Source of the DNA: Pelagomonas calceolata
Taxonomy: Eukaryota
Length of the DNA: 64,000 nt
Assembly: GCA_918797485.1 (NCBI GenBank)
Contig: CAKKNE010000003.1
Coordinates: 4,836,001-4,900,000 of the forward strand
Direction: 5' to 3'
This document shows positions 11,657-22,878 of the stretch, piece by piece; position 1 is the stretch's first letter; each line of letters opens with the position of its first letter. The translations under genes were made by a program, and so were the position numbers. The notes under the pieces are model-generated. The model saw only the letters and a list, made by a program, of their open reading frames with translations, had not been told where the DNA came from and made no database searches.

Positions 11657-13435
11657 TTAGACGCGGCCAGATTCGAGGACTTCCTCCTCCGAGTCCCCTT
11701 CGGTCTCTTCCTCCTCCTCCTTGATTCGGCGGCGTTTGCGCGGCGCCGGGCGGCGCGCCGGCCGGCGCGCCGGCCGGCCCCAATCGTCGTCGTCCTCCTC
11801 CTCTGCCTCGGGCACCGACGAGTCCCAGTCTTCCTCGTCCTCGTCCTCACCCTCGGCGGCGCGGCGCGTGGGTGTCCGGCGCCGTTCGCTCCTTCGCAGG
11901 ACCCCGCCTTGCGCCGTCTCGCGACAGTCGTCCGCTTCCTCCTCGTCGTCCGTCTCGGACGGCGCGGGCGTTCGACGGCGACCGCGAGTCCGGCCCTTTT
12001 TTCCTCGGGCGGTGCCGAGCCCCCCAGAAACGCTAGTGGTCGGCTGCGACGGAGGCCTCGGAACCGGCGCGGGCGCCGGCTCCGGCGCAGACCGCGGACT
12101 CGGGGCCGAGGCGGGCGCGGGCGCCGGGGTCGCCGTCCTCCTGGCGGCGGGCGGAGCGTGGACTGGCGGTGCGAAGAAGGCGCGGCAGCGCTCGGAGATG
12201 CTCGGGAGGAGCCGCAGCTCGGCGTGGAGTTCCTGCGAGGTCAACGGCCGCCGCACGTCGAACTGCGGGACGACCCAAACGTGCGGCTTCGCGGGCGCCG
12301 CCCAGGCCGTCGGGTTGTCGTCGAGAATGACGCAGCGTGCCGTTCGTTGCGCGCGGAGCGCGGCGGCGACGTCGTCGGGCAGCCGCTTCGACCCCGGCGC
12401 GCGGTCGACGACGACCGTGACGTCGAGCGCGCCGCGCCAGCCCTGGAGCGCGTCGCCGGTCGAAGCCTCGGTCGCCGCCTCGTGCGCCGCGAGCGCCGCG
12501 ACGGCTTCGACGCCCATGAGATTCGCCGTGACCACGCGCACGGTCGCGCCGCAGGCGCGCAACGCCGCGAGCAGCGCGCGCGTGCCCTTGCGCACGCAGA
12601 GCACGTGGCGCGCGGGGGTCGCCGCCGCGGCGGGGCCCGGGACCGGAGCGTCGAGCGGCACGACGCCCTCGCAAATCGCCTCGAGGTTCGTCGGCACCTC
12701 GGCCTCGGGCAACATGTGGAACAACGTGCCGTCGAGGTCCAGGAGCGCAAAGAGCCGGCGCTGGTGCGGCGCGCCAGCCCCGGCGTCGACGCGTCGCGCG
12801 CGCTTGTACGCCTTCTTCGCGGGAGGCGCGTCGAACGCCGGCGACGGCGCGCGCCGCGCGGCCGCCTGCACGGCGGCCCAGCGGCTGACGGCGGCGCCGG
12901 CTTCGTTCGCGCTCGCGCTGGGACGGCTCGAGGCGCTCGGGTCGACCGAGCCCAGGGCCCACGCGGGCCGCCGCGCGGGGGACGCGCCGTCAACCGCCGC
13001 TGGCGCGCGGGCCGCCGGCCGCGGCGCTGCCGACGCCGCGCCGGCGCCGACCCTAAAGCGCGCGAGGTCGGCCGGCCTCGCTGGCGCGGCCGGCTTCGGC
13101 GCCGGCGGTGTCGCCAGCGTCGTGCGCTTCTTCGCCTTCTTCGGTTCGGGTTGTGCCCGCGCGCAGTCTAGCCTCTGCGCCCTCGCGACCTCTTCTGGCC
13201 GCGCGCGGACGGGCGTAAGATGCTCCTGCGCCGTCGGCCAGACGGTGTCGTCGTCGTCGTAAAGCACGCGCCAGACCCTCCGTCCCTCCGCAACACCGTT
13301 ATCATCGTCCTCGTCGCGCCCGACGACCATCCCGCGATAGACGGTTCCCGCGGGCGCTTGGTCCGCAAACGCCCGGCCGAAGGCCACCGGCGACGCCTCG
13401 ACGACCGCGCCGATGCGAAAGGTGAGGGGTTCCAT
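11657..13435 (-). CDS. FCP1/SCP-like HAD phosphatase with N-terminal Tudor-like domain and acidic/basic tail
   Basis: LLDLDGTL catalytic motif, CVRKG, VILDD..W; N-terminal YRGMV..WRVLYDDDD. Confidence 0.7.
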   Translation of the reverse strand: MEPLTFRIGAVVEASPVAFGRAFADQAPAGTVYRGMVVGRDEDDDNGVAEGRRVWRVLYDDDDTVWPTAQEHLTPVRARPEEVARAQRLDCARAQPEPKKAKKRTTLATPPAPKPAAPARPADLARFRVGAGAASAAPRPAARAPAAVDGASPARRPAWALGSVDPSASSRPSASANEAGAAVSRWAAVQAAARRAPSPAFDAPPAKKAYKRARRVDAGAGAPHQRRLFALLDLDGTLFHMLPEAEVPTNLEAICEGVVPLDAPVPGPAAAATPARHVLCVRKGTRALLAALRACGATVRVVTANLMGVEAVAALAAHEAATEASTGDALQGWRGALDVTVVVDRAPGSKRLPDDVAAALRAQRTARCVILDDNPTAWAAPAKPHVWVVPQFDVRRPLTSQELHAELRLLPSISERCRAFFAPPVHAPPAARRTATPAPAPASAPSPRSAPEPAPAPVPRPPSQPTTSVSGGLGTARGKKGRTRGRRRTPAPSETDDEEEADDCRETAQGGVLRRSERRRTPTRRAAEGEDEDEEDWDSSVPEAEEEDDDDWGRPARRPARRPAPRKRRRIKEEEEETEGDSEEEVLESGRV

Positions 13436-13877
13436 GCCGAGCGCCAGTGGACTGCTTTGCTCTAATGCGCCGCTGGCTTCTTCTAGAGAGGCCCCGTCCT
13501 TGTTTTTCAACCCTAGTGGTGGTGAGGCACTAGAATTCGGCGGCCTCAGGGTTCGGGTTTTTCGCCCTGGGGGGGCTATGGGGGGGGTTAGCAGGGGGGT
13601 GGGGGGGGTAGACTCTTCATTACTCGCCGGCTGGAAGGGGGGGATGGGGTGGTCCGGCTGCCAGAGCTGACGGTCGTCGCTAACGCGCGATCCGACGCGG
13701 ATTCCACGAGGAACTCCTAGACGCGACATGCAGTTGTTTGACTATCGTTCGGTTCGATACTGGTCCAAAAAGATCAATGGGACACTTACTGGGGCTCGAA
13801 AAAAATAATTTTTTAATTCGCGATATTGACGGTCCCATATATAGCTTTACAATCTAACTTAGATGACAAAAATAGAA

Positions 13878-16016
13878 TCAAACCTCTGGATTGTGGCCAC
13901 GCGTGTGGGCGGGGGTTAGCCCGGCTACCGCGGCTAGCGGCCGCGAGAGATCTGGCAACAAGCCTACGTTCCCGCTCGCGGGAGGTAGCTCCCCGACATC
14001 TCCCCGGAGTCCGCCTCCCCAAACCCGAAGTTTCTTGGTCAAAATAGCAACGCCACGGGTCTGCCGAACTCGGTGGAGGACGGAAAAGGATTCAGAGTGC
14101 GTGCAGTAGTCGGAAAGGTCACATAACACATCCGCGCCTAGCCCGGCCGCACAGGTCGCTCCGGGGCTTTCTGGAGGACGTCGCGGTCGGCACGCCACGT
14201 CGGCGACGAGGTGGTGCACGCGCGGCGCGTAGTCCTTGACGCGCGAGACGAGGGCGCAGTCGCAGTCCCAGGCGCCCCCCCGGGCCTCGCGCAGGATTTC
14301 TGCCACGCTCTCCGCGACGCCGCGGCCCCAGTCCTCGAAGCGCGCGCGGTCGGCGGCGGCGGACCCGGCCGGCACGCGGACGTTTTCGTGGACGTGGAGG
14401 ACGCCGCCGCGGTCCTTGAGGACCGCGCAGGCGGCGCGCCAGCCGCGCCGCGACGACGGCGTCAGCCCCAGCGACACGCGGTCGGCGACGCGGCCGAGCG
14501 CCGGCGCGACCGCCGACGAGTCGCCGACGTGGATCGCGTACCGGCTTTCCGCGACGCCATTCGCCGCGAGGTTCCGCCGCAGGGCGGCGACAGCGGCCGG
14601 CGCCCACTCGCAGCAGTGCGCGAACGCGACGCCGGCGCGGCACAAAAGGGGCAGCGCGAAGTAGCCGACGCCCGCGTAGAGGTCGACGACCGTCTCCCCC
14701 CTCGCGTCGAGCGCGCCGAAGCGCATGCGTTCCGACCCGTTGCCCCGGGCGAACATGGTGTGCGTGGCGTCAAACCCGTACGCGACGCCGGCCTCGCGGA
14801 CGACGACCCACGACGAGTCCGGGCCGCCGGGCCCGTGCAGCAGGACGCGCCGCGAGCTTCGGAAACCGTCCGGCGCGATCTCGGCGTCCCGGAACACGCG
14901 CGACGCGCCTGCGGCGCGCGCGACGCGCGCCCAGAACGCGCCGTCGCCGTCGCCGACCGGTACGTCCGGCGGCACGAGCACGGCGTCGTCGCCGAGCCGC
15001 GTCCACCGCAGGCGGTCCGAGGCAGGCGCCGTTGACCGATCGCGGAGGAGGTCCGCGAGCGACGGCCGGCGCCCCGCCTTCCGGCGCGCCGCCCTGGACG
15101 GAGGCAGGTCGGGCGCTGCGACGACCGTCGCCGCCGCGCCCGCGAGCGCCGCCTCCACGCCGGGGTCGCGCGCTTCCACCGCCCGGAGACCGGCGCGCGT
15201 CAGCGGGATCGCCAGCGCGCCGCCGGCGCCCGCCGGCGCGACGGAGAAGTTCTTGTCGAACCCACCGCGCGCCTCGAGCGCCGACTTGACGGCCTTGGCG
15301 CGCGCGCGCGGCACGACGACCGCCGCCGCCGCCGCCACCGCCGCGCCGGGGCCGGCGTCGTCGCCCAGCTCCGACGCGACGGCGCGCGCGAGGCCGTCGA
15401 GCGCGACGCGCGCGGCCGCGAGCCGCCGCGCCGCCTCGGCCGCGAGAAAGTCGAGCCGCTCGGCGCTGGGCACGTGCCGCGCGCCGTCGCGCGTCACCTC
15501 GCCCAGCGGACAGTCGAGCGCGGCGCCCGTGGACCGGACGGCGACGGTCGGCACGTCGGCCAGGTTGCAGCCCGTCTCGCGCCAGCCGCTGGCGTGGCAT
15601 ACCCGCACGAGCCGCCGCGCCGCGGCGAGGGTCGCGCAGCGGACGTGCGCGATCGGCGGCTCGAACTTGAGCGAGACCGTCCAGCGCTCGCCGGCGGGCC
15701 ACGCGGTCGCCTCCGCCGCGAGCGCGGCCACGGCGCGGCCCACCGCCGCCCCGGCGACGCCGTCGTGACTGACGAAGAGCCAGCGCCCGCGGCGCTTGCG
15801 GCCCGCCCCGGCGGGCGCGGCGTAGACGGCGCAGCGACCCGCGCACGTGCTCGTCGTCGCGTACGCGGCGCGCCCGTTGATCGCCCCGACGAGCGGCGCG
15901 GCCGCCGCGTCGACGCCGCCCGCCGGCGCGCGGTCCAGCGCCGCGTCGCCGAGGCGCGCCAGGGCCCGCGCCCGCGCGTCGGCCCACGACGCGCCCGGGG
16001 TGCTGAGCTCACCCAT
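13878..16016 (-). CDS. tRNA wybutosine-synthesizing TYW3-TYW2 (Trm12) fusion
   Basis: N-terminal TTSTCAGR, WLFVSH, KFEP (TYW3); C-terminal MFARGNGSER, VDLYAGVGYF, LGLTPSS, VKDYAP (TYW2). 3' end uncertain. Confidence 0.85.
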   Translation of the reverse strand: MGELSTPGASWADARARALARLGDAALDRAPAGGVDAAAAPLVGAINGRAAYATTSTCAGRCAVYAAPAGAGRKRRGRWLFVSHDGVAGAAVGRAVAALAAEATAWPAGERWTVSLKFEPPIAHVRCATLAAARRLVRVCHASGWRETGCNLADVPTVAVRSTGAALDCPLGEVTRDGARHVPSAERLDFLAAEAARRLAAARVALDGLARAVASELGDDAGPGAAVAAAAAVVVPRARAKAVKSALEARGGFDKNFSVAPAGAGGALAIPLTRAGLRAVEARDPGVEAALAGAAATVVAAPDLPPSRAARRKAGRRPSLADLLRDRSTAPASDRLRWTRLGDDAVLVPPDVPVGDGDGAFWARVARAAGASRVFRDAEIAPDGFRSSRRVLLHGPGGPDSSWVVVREAGVAYGFDATHTMFARGNGSERMRFGALDARGETVVDLYAGVGYFALPLLCRAGVAFAHCCEWAPAAVAALRRNLAANGVAESRYAIHVGDSSAVAPALGRVADRVSLGLTPSSRRGWRAACAVLKDRGGVLHVHENVRVPAGSAAADRARFEDWGRGVAESVAEILREARGGAWDCDCALVSRVKDYAPRVHHLVADVACRPRRPPESPGATCAAGLGADVLCDLSDYCTHSESFSVLHRVRQTRGVAILTKKLRVWGGGLRGDVGELPPASGNVGLLPDLSRPLAAVAGLTPAHTRGHNPEV

Positions 16017-16091
16017 ACCGATGCGCGCACGAGACGACAGGGCGTCGACCGAGACTGATGAATGAGTAGCTATACTCGGTTGTGTGCAAGC

Positions 16092-16169
16092 CTTTGTGCC
16101 CAAGCACCTGGACTTTGTGCCCAAGCACCTGGCTAAGCACCTGGACTTTGTGCCCAAGCACCTGGCTAA
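16092..16169. repeat. Short tandem repeat of CTTTGTGCCCAAGCACCTGG
   Basis: Three copies plus partial unit, upstream of the TYW gene. Confidence 0.8.
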
Positions 16170-16225
16170 TCTCTGGCTCTAAGCTTGGCTATAGTACCTT
16201 ACCTACGGTACCTACGGTACGGTAC

Positions 16226-16384
16226 TAGAGAGAGAAACCTACTAGCCCTTCCTACCCTAGATATGACTCTCTAAGTTTAAGTCTATACAGCGAGTGTCTT
16301 TGACGCTACGGTGTAACAACAATTTGCTATAAAACACTCTCGTAGTTAGGTTGGCCCAGCCCTCGGCTGGTGAGCTAGGACCCT
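16226..16384 (+). mobile_element. Truncated solo LTR (TA-ended Copia family)
   Basis: Starts TAGAGAGAGAAACCTACTAGCCCTTCC; colinear with other LTR copies. Confidence 0.85.
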
Positions 16385-16804
16385 CAGCTGGAAACCCGCG
16401 CCGCGGCCGAGCTAGAGGCCGCAGGGCTCGTCGCCGGAGGAATCCGCCCTTCTCTGCCTTCGTCCAAGACCACTCTCCCGCGACGAGAGCAGGGAGAAAT
16501 CCAGCCGCCAACGTCGAAAAACCCGGCTTTTTGTAAATGTAAGCCCTAGCTTACTCCGAGTCGTCGCCAGCCTGAGTGGATTTATCTTTAGCCTTAGTCT
16601 ACTCTGCAGCAAAATGTGCTCGACAGGTAAGCCCAAACAGCGTTTCCCCGTCGCGCGTTTCACCCACGCGCGACACGCAAAAAGTGTGGCGGGGCGATGC
16701 ACGACCGGCGCCACCTGCTCGGAGTAAGTAAACCCTAAGTAAACCCGCATATTCGTCGCGCCGAAAGGCACCTACCTCCCAAGGCACCGCGACAACTTCT
16801 TCAA

Positions 16805-18296
16805 TTAGTACGCGGCCCCGGACGGGCGGCCAACCTTGCGCCGCCACGCGCCCTCGCCGCCCCAGGCCCGCGGCTTCGCGATCCGCCGGCGCCCGACGTT
16901 CTGGAAGGGGCCCATGTTCACCGCCAGGTTGTCCCACGGGGCGCCGATGGCGGCCCAGCGACATGACGTGTGTACCTTTGCCTCCACCTTTTCCGCGCTG
17001 GGCTCCGTGCACGTCGCCTCGGTGACGTTCGCGGCGCGGAGCCTCTTCAAGATAAAGTAGAGCCAGTAGGGCAGGTAGTGTTTGCGCGCGTCGCCGGCCG
17101 GACGATGAGAAGGCAGGTGGTCCAAATCATTCCGCAGGGAAGCCCACGCCGTGTCGTTCTTTACGAGGACGTGGGGCAGTTCGTCGTGGAGTTCCACGAC
17201 GGGACCCCGCTGGGGCGGCCACATCGGTCGTTCCAGAATCGGCACGGCGCCGGCGACGATCGCCTCGGTGTCGCCTGCGCGAGAAGGCGCGTCGACGGCG
17301 GCCCACCCGCCGACGCGCATGGAAAGGACGCGGCGCGGTGCGGTAGTTCGCGAAGCCCACGCCCGGCGGCGAAACGGCGTAGCGCGCGGCGCTCAACGCG
17401 TCGACGTAGCCGGCGCCCTTCAAGATGCCCGAGTGCCGGCCGGTCCGTGCCGTCCGTTCGCAGACGCCGTTTTTGCGAAGCGCCAAAATTTTGCGCGCCC
17501 GGTCGCGGTGGAGCCGGATGCCCGCGCAGCGCACGCGATCTGGCCTCCTATTGTCCGCACACCGGTCCTTCCAAAGCTTGAGGTCCTTGACGCCGCGCGG
17601 CAGCGCGTACGCGTGGCGCCTCGGTCGCGCGGGGTTCCGCAACAAGTTGTGGGCTAGTACGAGCGCGTCGGGCTTCGCTGCCTCGGGGTCGAACCAGCCG
17701 AAGCCCAATTTGGCCACCACCACGTAGTCGCTGTTGGTCCCGTTCAGCTCGGTTAGGGCGGGCACGCGCTCCGCCTCGTAGGGCACGAAGATCCAGGGCG
17801 CAAACGCCGCAGCGAGTTTCATGAGGGACCGCTGGTCGAAGATGACGTCGTCCGCTTGTACATCATACACGTCCCAGAATTTTGAATCACAACGCACGTG
17901 CGGGGGAGCCCTCGTGTAGGCCTCGTCGAGGCGAAACCGGTTCGTCCAGTAGTCCAGGCAGCACTTGAACTGGCGCTTGACGCACGCGGGCGGAGTGGCG
18001 AAGGGCACCTTATCCAACAAACACGTCAGGGGATACTCCGTGTTCGCCGGACATTTTACAGGAGGCAGCCCACAACACGACCTATTGGTTTTGACGGGCT
18101 CGGGCTCCATATTATACAAACGTACGTCCTCACTCCCATCATCTCGCAGCGAATCGTCCAACGGAAAGCACAGGTCCGTTCTCGCGCGAGACCGCGGCTC
18201 GTCGCAGCGCCAGGGCGCCGGGCGGTCGTTTCCCTTGTGGTACGGCTGCTCCTGCCGCGAGGCGACTCCGAGGAGCAGAAGCAGCCACGTTGGCAT
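16805..18296 (-). CDS. Secreted exostosin/GT47-like glycosyltransferase; GC-AG intron 17275..17341
   Basis: Signal peptide MPTWLLLLLG; ALPRGV; spliced YAVSPPGVGFANYR-DTEAIVAGAVP matches the exostosin SPxGxGxxxxRxxEAxxxGxVP motif. Confidence 0.75.
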
Positions 18297-18525
18297 GCTT
18301 TTTGCGATTTGGGCAGCCTCACACGACCTGCCCTGACGAGATGGTGCTATGATGATCTGCTGTTCGTACATTTGACCTCATAGGCAGCGGCTAGCTCATG
18401 AATACCACTGCATTGCATGCATGCTCCCCATACGGTAGGTGCATGTAAATTAGAGAGTGCATGTACCGGTGCCGGGCTTTACCGGCGCTGGGTACCCGCC
18501 CCGGAGATGCCCCGGGCTAGGTTCC

Positions 18526-19052
18526 TAGAGAGAGAAATCTACTAGCCCTTCCTACCCTAGATATGTATCTCCCACTCTCTAATATTTGAGTCTATACATC
18601 GAGTGCCAAAAGCACTACGGTGTAACAACAGTTCACTATAAAACACTCTCGTAGTCAGGCCTATCAGCCCTAGGCTGGTTAGCTAGGACCCTGCTACTTT
18701 ACATAACGCTGCGACATACTCTTGCTAGGTTATGGGCCCACAGGGTTCTGCCTATTGACGTAGAGTGTTTTACAGTGAATGCCTAAACAAGGAAAAACAC
18801 CCAAAAAGAAATCTAAAGAGAAAACACCCCAAAAGAGCGGATGTTCTATTCTGAAAAAATTGCCAGTGGGTGTTGAAGATAGCAGAATTGAGGAGGCGAA
18901 GGACATGGTGGCTAGAAAGATAGAGTGCGAGCTAAACGACCGTGCTATCAACCCTCCAAGAGATACAAGCAGGTATCAAAAAGAAGTTGGTACCTTAACA
19001 ACAATTTGCTATAGTAGGTTATGGGCCCACAGGGTTCTGCCTATTGACGTAG
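18526..19052 (+). mobile_element. 5' LTR (18526..18727) + PBS GGTTATGGGCCCA + degraded gag start; second PBS near 19017
   Basis: LTR homology; Copia-type PBS; ORF MPKQGKTPKKKSKEK shared with copies at 31520 and 39789. Confidence 0.85.
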
Positions 19053-19214
19053 TGCAGGAAAAAAGTAGGGTGCGGTGGTATCATGATATAGATACCCGGA
19101 TAGAATAGGCCTAGTGAATACGGTACCAGCATTGCTATTGCTACCAGCCCTCTGAGAGGTGTGACTCAACAGTGCTCTTTTGCAGGCAGGTGCGACTCGT
19201 TAGTATCGAGCGGG

Positions 19215-19946
19215 ATGCGGATCTTGCTGGCGCCGCGAGCACTCGCAGCGACGCTCTCGGTCGCCGCCGCGCTCATCTCGCCGCAGTGCCTGCCGCATTG
19301 TGCTCGATCGCGGCCGGTCGCCGGCGCGGGCGGCGCGCGCGCGCCCGCGCGGCGGGTCCCCAGCTTGCGGTCGCCGCCGGCCGTACGCACCGCGGCGGCC
19401 GCCCTCGCCGCCCTCGTCCTCGCGCCGGCGCGGCTGCTCGCCTTTGGTCCCGAGAACATCGAGCTCGCGGACGTGGCCTACGAGGACACGGGCAAGCGCG
19501 TCGGCGAGATCTGCGCGGGTCGACCGCTCAAGGCGCCGGGCGAAAAGGTCGCCAAGGGCCTGCTGCCCAAGTGCGTCCTCGTGACCGCGACCGCCACCTC
19601 GAAGGCGAAGCAGTCCGTCAAGGACGCCGCCGTGTATGGCTACGTCAGGACGGCGACGGGAGACTCGGCGATCGCGAACAACCCGGACTTCCGCTCCGAC
19701 GCCGGCCAGTTCGCGATGATCAAGACGGTGCCGCCGGGCTCCGAGCGCGTCCAGTTCGAGTTCGTCGCGGTGATCCCCGACAAGGACATCGGCGCCGTCG
19801 AGGGCTCCCTGGGCAAGCTGACCTTCGACTCGCTCAAGGCCATCTCCTACCCGGGCGGCGCCCGCATGGCCACCTTCACGGCCTGCGAACTCGACTCGCT
19901 CTCGGACGAGTGCGACGGCGAACAGGAAAAGTTCATATCGAAATAA
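19215..19946 (+). CDS. Hypothetical protein, probably plastid/thylakoid-targeted
   Basis: Signal peptide + Arg-rich transit + second hydrophobic segment ending RLLA; GC3-rich codon usage. Confidence 0.7.
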   Translation: MRILLAPRALAATLSVAAALISPQCLPHCARSRPVAGAGGARAPARRVPSLRSPPAVRTAAAALAALVLAPARLLAFGPENIELADVAYEDTGKRVGEICAGRPLKAPGEKVAKGLLPKCVLVTATATSKAKQSVKDAAVYGYVRTATGDSAIANNPDFRSDAGQFAMIKTVPPGSERVQFEFVAVIPDKDIGAVEGSLGKLTFDSLKAISYPGGARMATFTACELDSLSDECDGEQEKFISK

Positions 19947-19987
19947 ATAACTGGAAATGAAGAATCTTTCCTCTGTCTGTGTGTAAG

Positions 19988-20431
19988 CAGGGCCGGAGCC
20001 CGGAAATTCCCTAGCAGCCCTATATAGATATGTAACGATGGGAAATAATTAGTGGAGAATTAGAGGCCGATTTATCCCGTCCGTTGGAGCGATTGGGTTT
20101 CGGGCGGGTTTTATCTCGGACCATCGCACCGCGTAGCAGCTGATTTTTCAGCGTGAGGCTGCCCGCACAGTACCAAAATGCGCACAGCCCATTATTTTAG
20201 CATACGGAACCTGCGCCTCAGCAAAAATTTGCCGCCATTCGGTCGGTGTGTGGCTGTACGCGCATTGCGCCAAAACCTGCCAACGTCGACTAATTGCGCT
20301 CAGGCTCGACCCCCTATAAATTTCGAAGTCTCCAAGGAGTCTTAAGCGTCGCAGGCTAATTCATTCTAATTAGAGCTAAGGAAAGGTAAGGAAGAATGTT
20401 ACTCCAAAGAATTAACCGGGCTCCGGCCTTG
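19988..20431. mobile_element. Putative MITE, family B
   Basis: TIR CAGGGCCGGAGCCCGG ... CCGGGCTCCGGCCTTG (15/16); related subterminal sequence near 48080; no TSD seen. Confidence 0.55.
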
Positions 20432-20804
20432 GGGATCTGTAGTGCAGGACTTCTCTCTGCGCGGCGCGGTCCAAATTCCACCAAGATAGGTAAAGGTTTC
20501 AAAGACCGATCTACCGCCTAGGATACGTCTTCAAGTTTAGGCAGAGCGCAGGACTCCCGTACCGCAAGAGTCGCTAGGGGTGGAGAAGTTTTTTGGAGGT
20601 TGGGATCATTCGAGTTGGGATCTAACAGGGTATCAACGCAAAGTTGAACGGTTGCCGTGGGCCCATAGCCTGCTAAAAATAGCCTGCTAAGAATACTAGG
20701 ACGTTGTATGATGCCTAGCATTACGGCCGGCCTGCACTGGCTTAGCATGTATTGACATACTAGGCTTGAAAGATTTGATCCGCTTCGCTTCAGGGTAGGG
20801 CAAC

Positions 20805-21635
20805 ATGCAGCAGATCGTCTACCTCGCCCTCGCCTTTGGCTCCGCCTCGGCCTTCGTGGCCCCCGCGGCGCAGGCCGCCTCGAGCCAGCTGCGCTCGACG
20901 CCCGCCGAGGAGATCGGCGTCGACCCCGGGCCGTTCGGGATGACCGGCGCCGTGCCGTCCGGGAAGTTCTGGGAGGAGCAGGACGGCCTCGCGCGCCGCC
21001 GCGCCGTGCGAGGCCGAGTCCGCATCAATACCGCTAATTCACGACGACTGGGCCGCTTTTGACGCTCGACGCTCTTCCCGCAGGTCGAGATCAAGCACGG
21101 CCGCATCTCCATGATGGCGTTCCTCGGCATGATGGTCCAGGAGCTCGGCATCACCTTCCCCGGCTCCATGACCCTTGACGGTCCGGCGCCGCGTCCACGA
21201 GTGTCGCCTTCACGCGGATGGCGTTCTCCAGGGATCGACGACGCCTCACCGGTCGACGTACCCCACGCAGGCTCCGTCCAGTTCTCGGACATCCTCAAGG
21301 ACGGCATGGGCTTCCCGGCGCTGGAAAACGTGCCCCGGCTCGGCCTCCTCCAGATCGTCGCCTTCGGCTTCGTGGCCGAGACCGCCGCCATGCCGGCGAC
21401 GCAGTACACGGGCGGGCCGCAGAACCTCCCCGGCGGCTACGACGGGTCGATCGGCACGATCCCGGGCGGCTACCCGTTCACGAACCAGATCGAGGACGTG
21501 ACGGCGCGCAACCGCGCCCTCACGTGCGAGCTCCAGAACGGCCGCGGGGCCATGCTCGGCACCTTCGGCGCCATGCTCCACTCGGAGCTCGACTCCTGCC
21601 AGCACCACTTCTTCTACCCGATCACCCACAACTAA
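20805..21635 (+). CDS. Fucoxanthin-chlorophyll a/c light-harvesting protein; introns 21006..21083 and 21181..21270
   Basis: ASAF targeting motif; spliced RRRAVEIKHGRISM; ELQNGRGAM. Confidence 0.92.
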
Positions 21636-22245
21636 GACCGGGCGCGCGGCGCTTCGACGCGCACGACACGGAAGGCCGCGGCGGCGGGCGCGTGCGGTCT
21701 GGGGTCGCTCTGGACGGACGCACGCGGGATAAGTAGATTCGATTTACCGGTCTCTCGGCTGGCTGGGTGCGCGACGATGATGAAATAGTTATGCCCATTT
21801 TTTACACCAAAATGACCTGATTTCGCTCTAATCTGCAAGATTTTCGCTCTAAGACGAGCGACTATTTTCAGACACGATCGGAACACATTTCGTTGATAAA
21901 AATGGGCATAACCATGTGCCCCTTTTTGCCAACTTAAAAACCCGAACCTTTCCCGAAAATCGCCGAAAACGACGTAGTGCCATTGCCGCTATCATCGACC
22001 GCGGAAACACGATCTTACCCTCAGCATCTTTATAGCCTCCAGCAAAAGCTCCTGCTAATGACGGGGGTATATACGAGACTTCCAAGAATTCCTCGTTTTC
22101 ACCATACCGTTGTTTAAGGAGCTCGCTTGGTTCCCTCCGAGTCACTGTAAAGACCAGCGCCGGTGCCGGCGCAGGTCCTGCAAGGGGCTGCTCAGCCATC
22201 AAAGAAGTTCAACAACCTAATAGCAACACAACCAACCCCCACTCC

Positions 22246-22783
22246 AAAAATTCTTGCTCCTTTGTCCTGCGCTCTCACAATCGGAGCGCTATGGGACACG
22301 AGCAAGTATAAGAAAGTATCTTGCAGCGAGCCACTAGATGTGACGATATTGCTGCCAAGATACCAAACATAGCTGACGAACCTGAGTCAGCCTTACATAG
22401 GTTCGGGACAGCCCTTGGGTCTCTTATTAAAGCTCCTTCTGTAAACAGAGGGCTGTTGACCCCTCTCATCACGGGCGCCGCGGGATTGCAACGATCCACC
22501 AATTGGATTCAAAGGTCGAACAAGAAGTTCCGGGGAAAACCCCACCTTTAGGGGAATTACCATAAGCCCCTTTGGCAGTGCCTGAGCTAAATTGGTAGGA
22601 CAATTTAACTCGTCAACAAATCATACAGATTCGCAACAGGTCGAACAGGACGTACATGCTTGGGAACTAATCCCAGCTTAGGAATATAAATTCCAGCTCC
22701 ATAACTGCCAAAGGCTGCTGGGGTTAATACCCGGAGCATCATAGACGTAAATACAAGGATACGTGGCCATATCATAGCAGGTA
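22246..22783. repeat. Dispersed ~550-bp repeat, inverted copy at 48579..49171
   Basis: Near-identical reverse-complement sequence. Confidence 0.9.
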
Positions 22784-22878
22784 CGGTGCCAGTCACGGTA
22801 TCGGCCTAAAGTGTTGCCCATTTATTAAAAACGCATGTAAACCACACCGAGCACGGAGCGGAAGGCAAGCAGGCAGCC

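Noticed and set aside
13513..13620. CTAGTG...CACTAG hairpin plus G-tracts (also at ~51322) as an ncRNA or G-quadruplex
   Set aside because: Two short degraded copies; more likely a TE remnant; no RNA family features recognised.
16725..16747. Telomere-like AAACCCTAA
   Set aside because: Only one or two degenerate units; no array.
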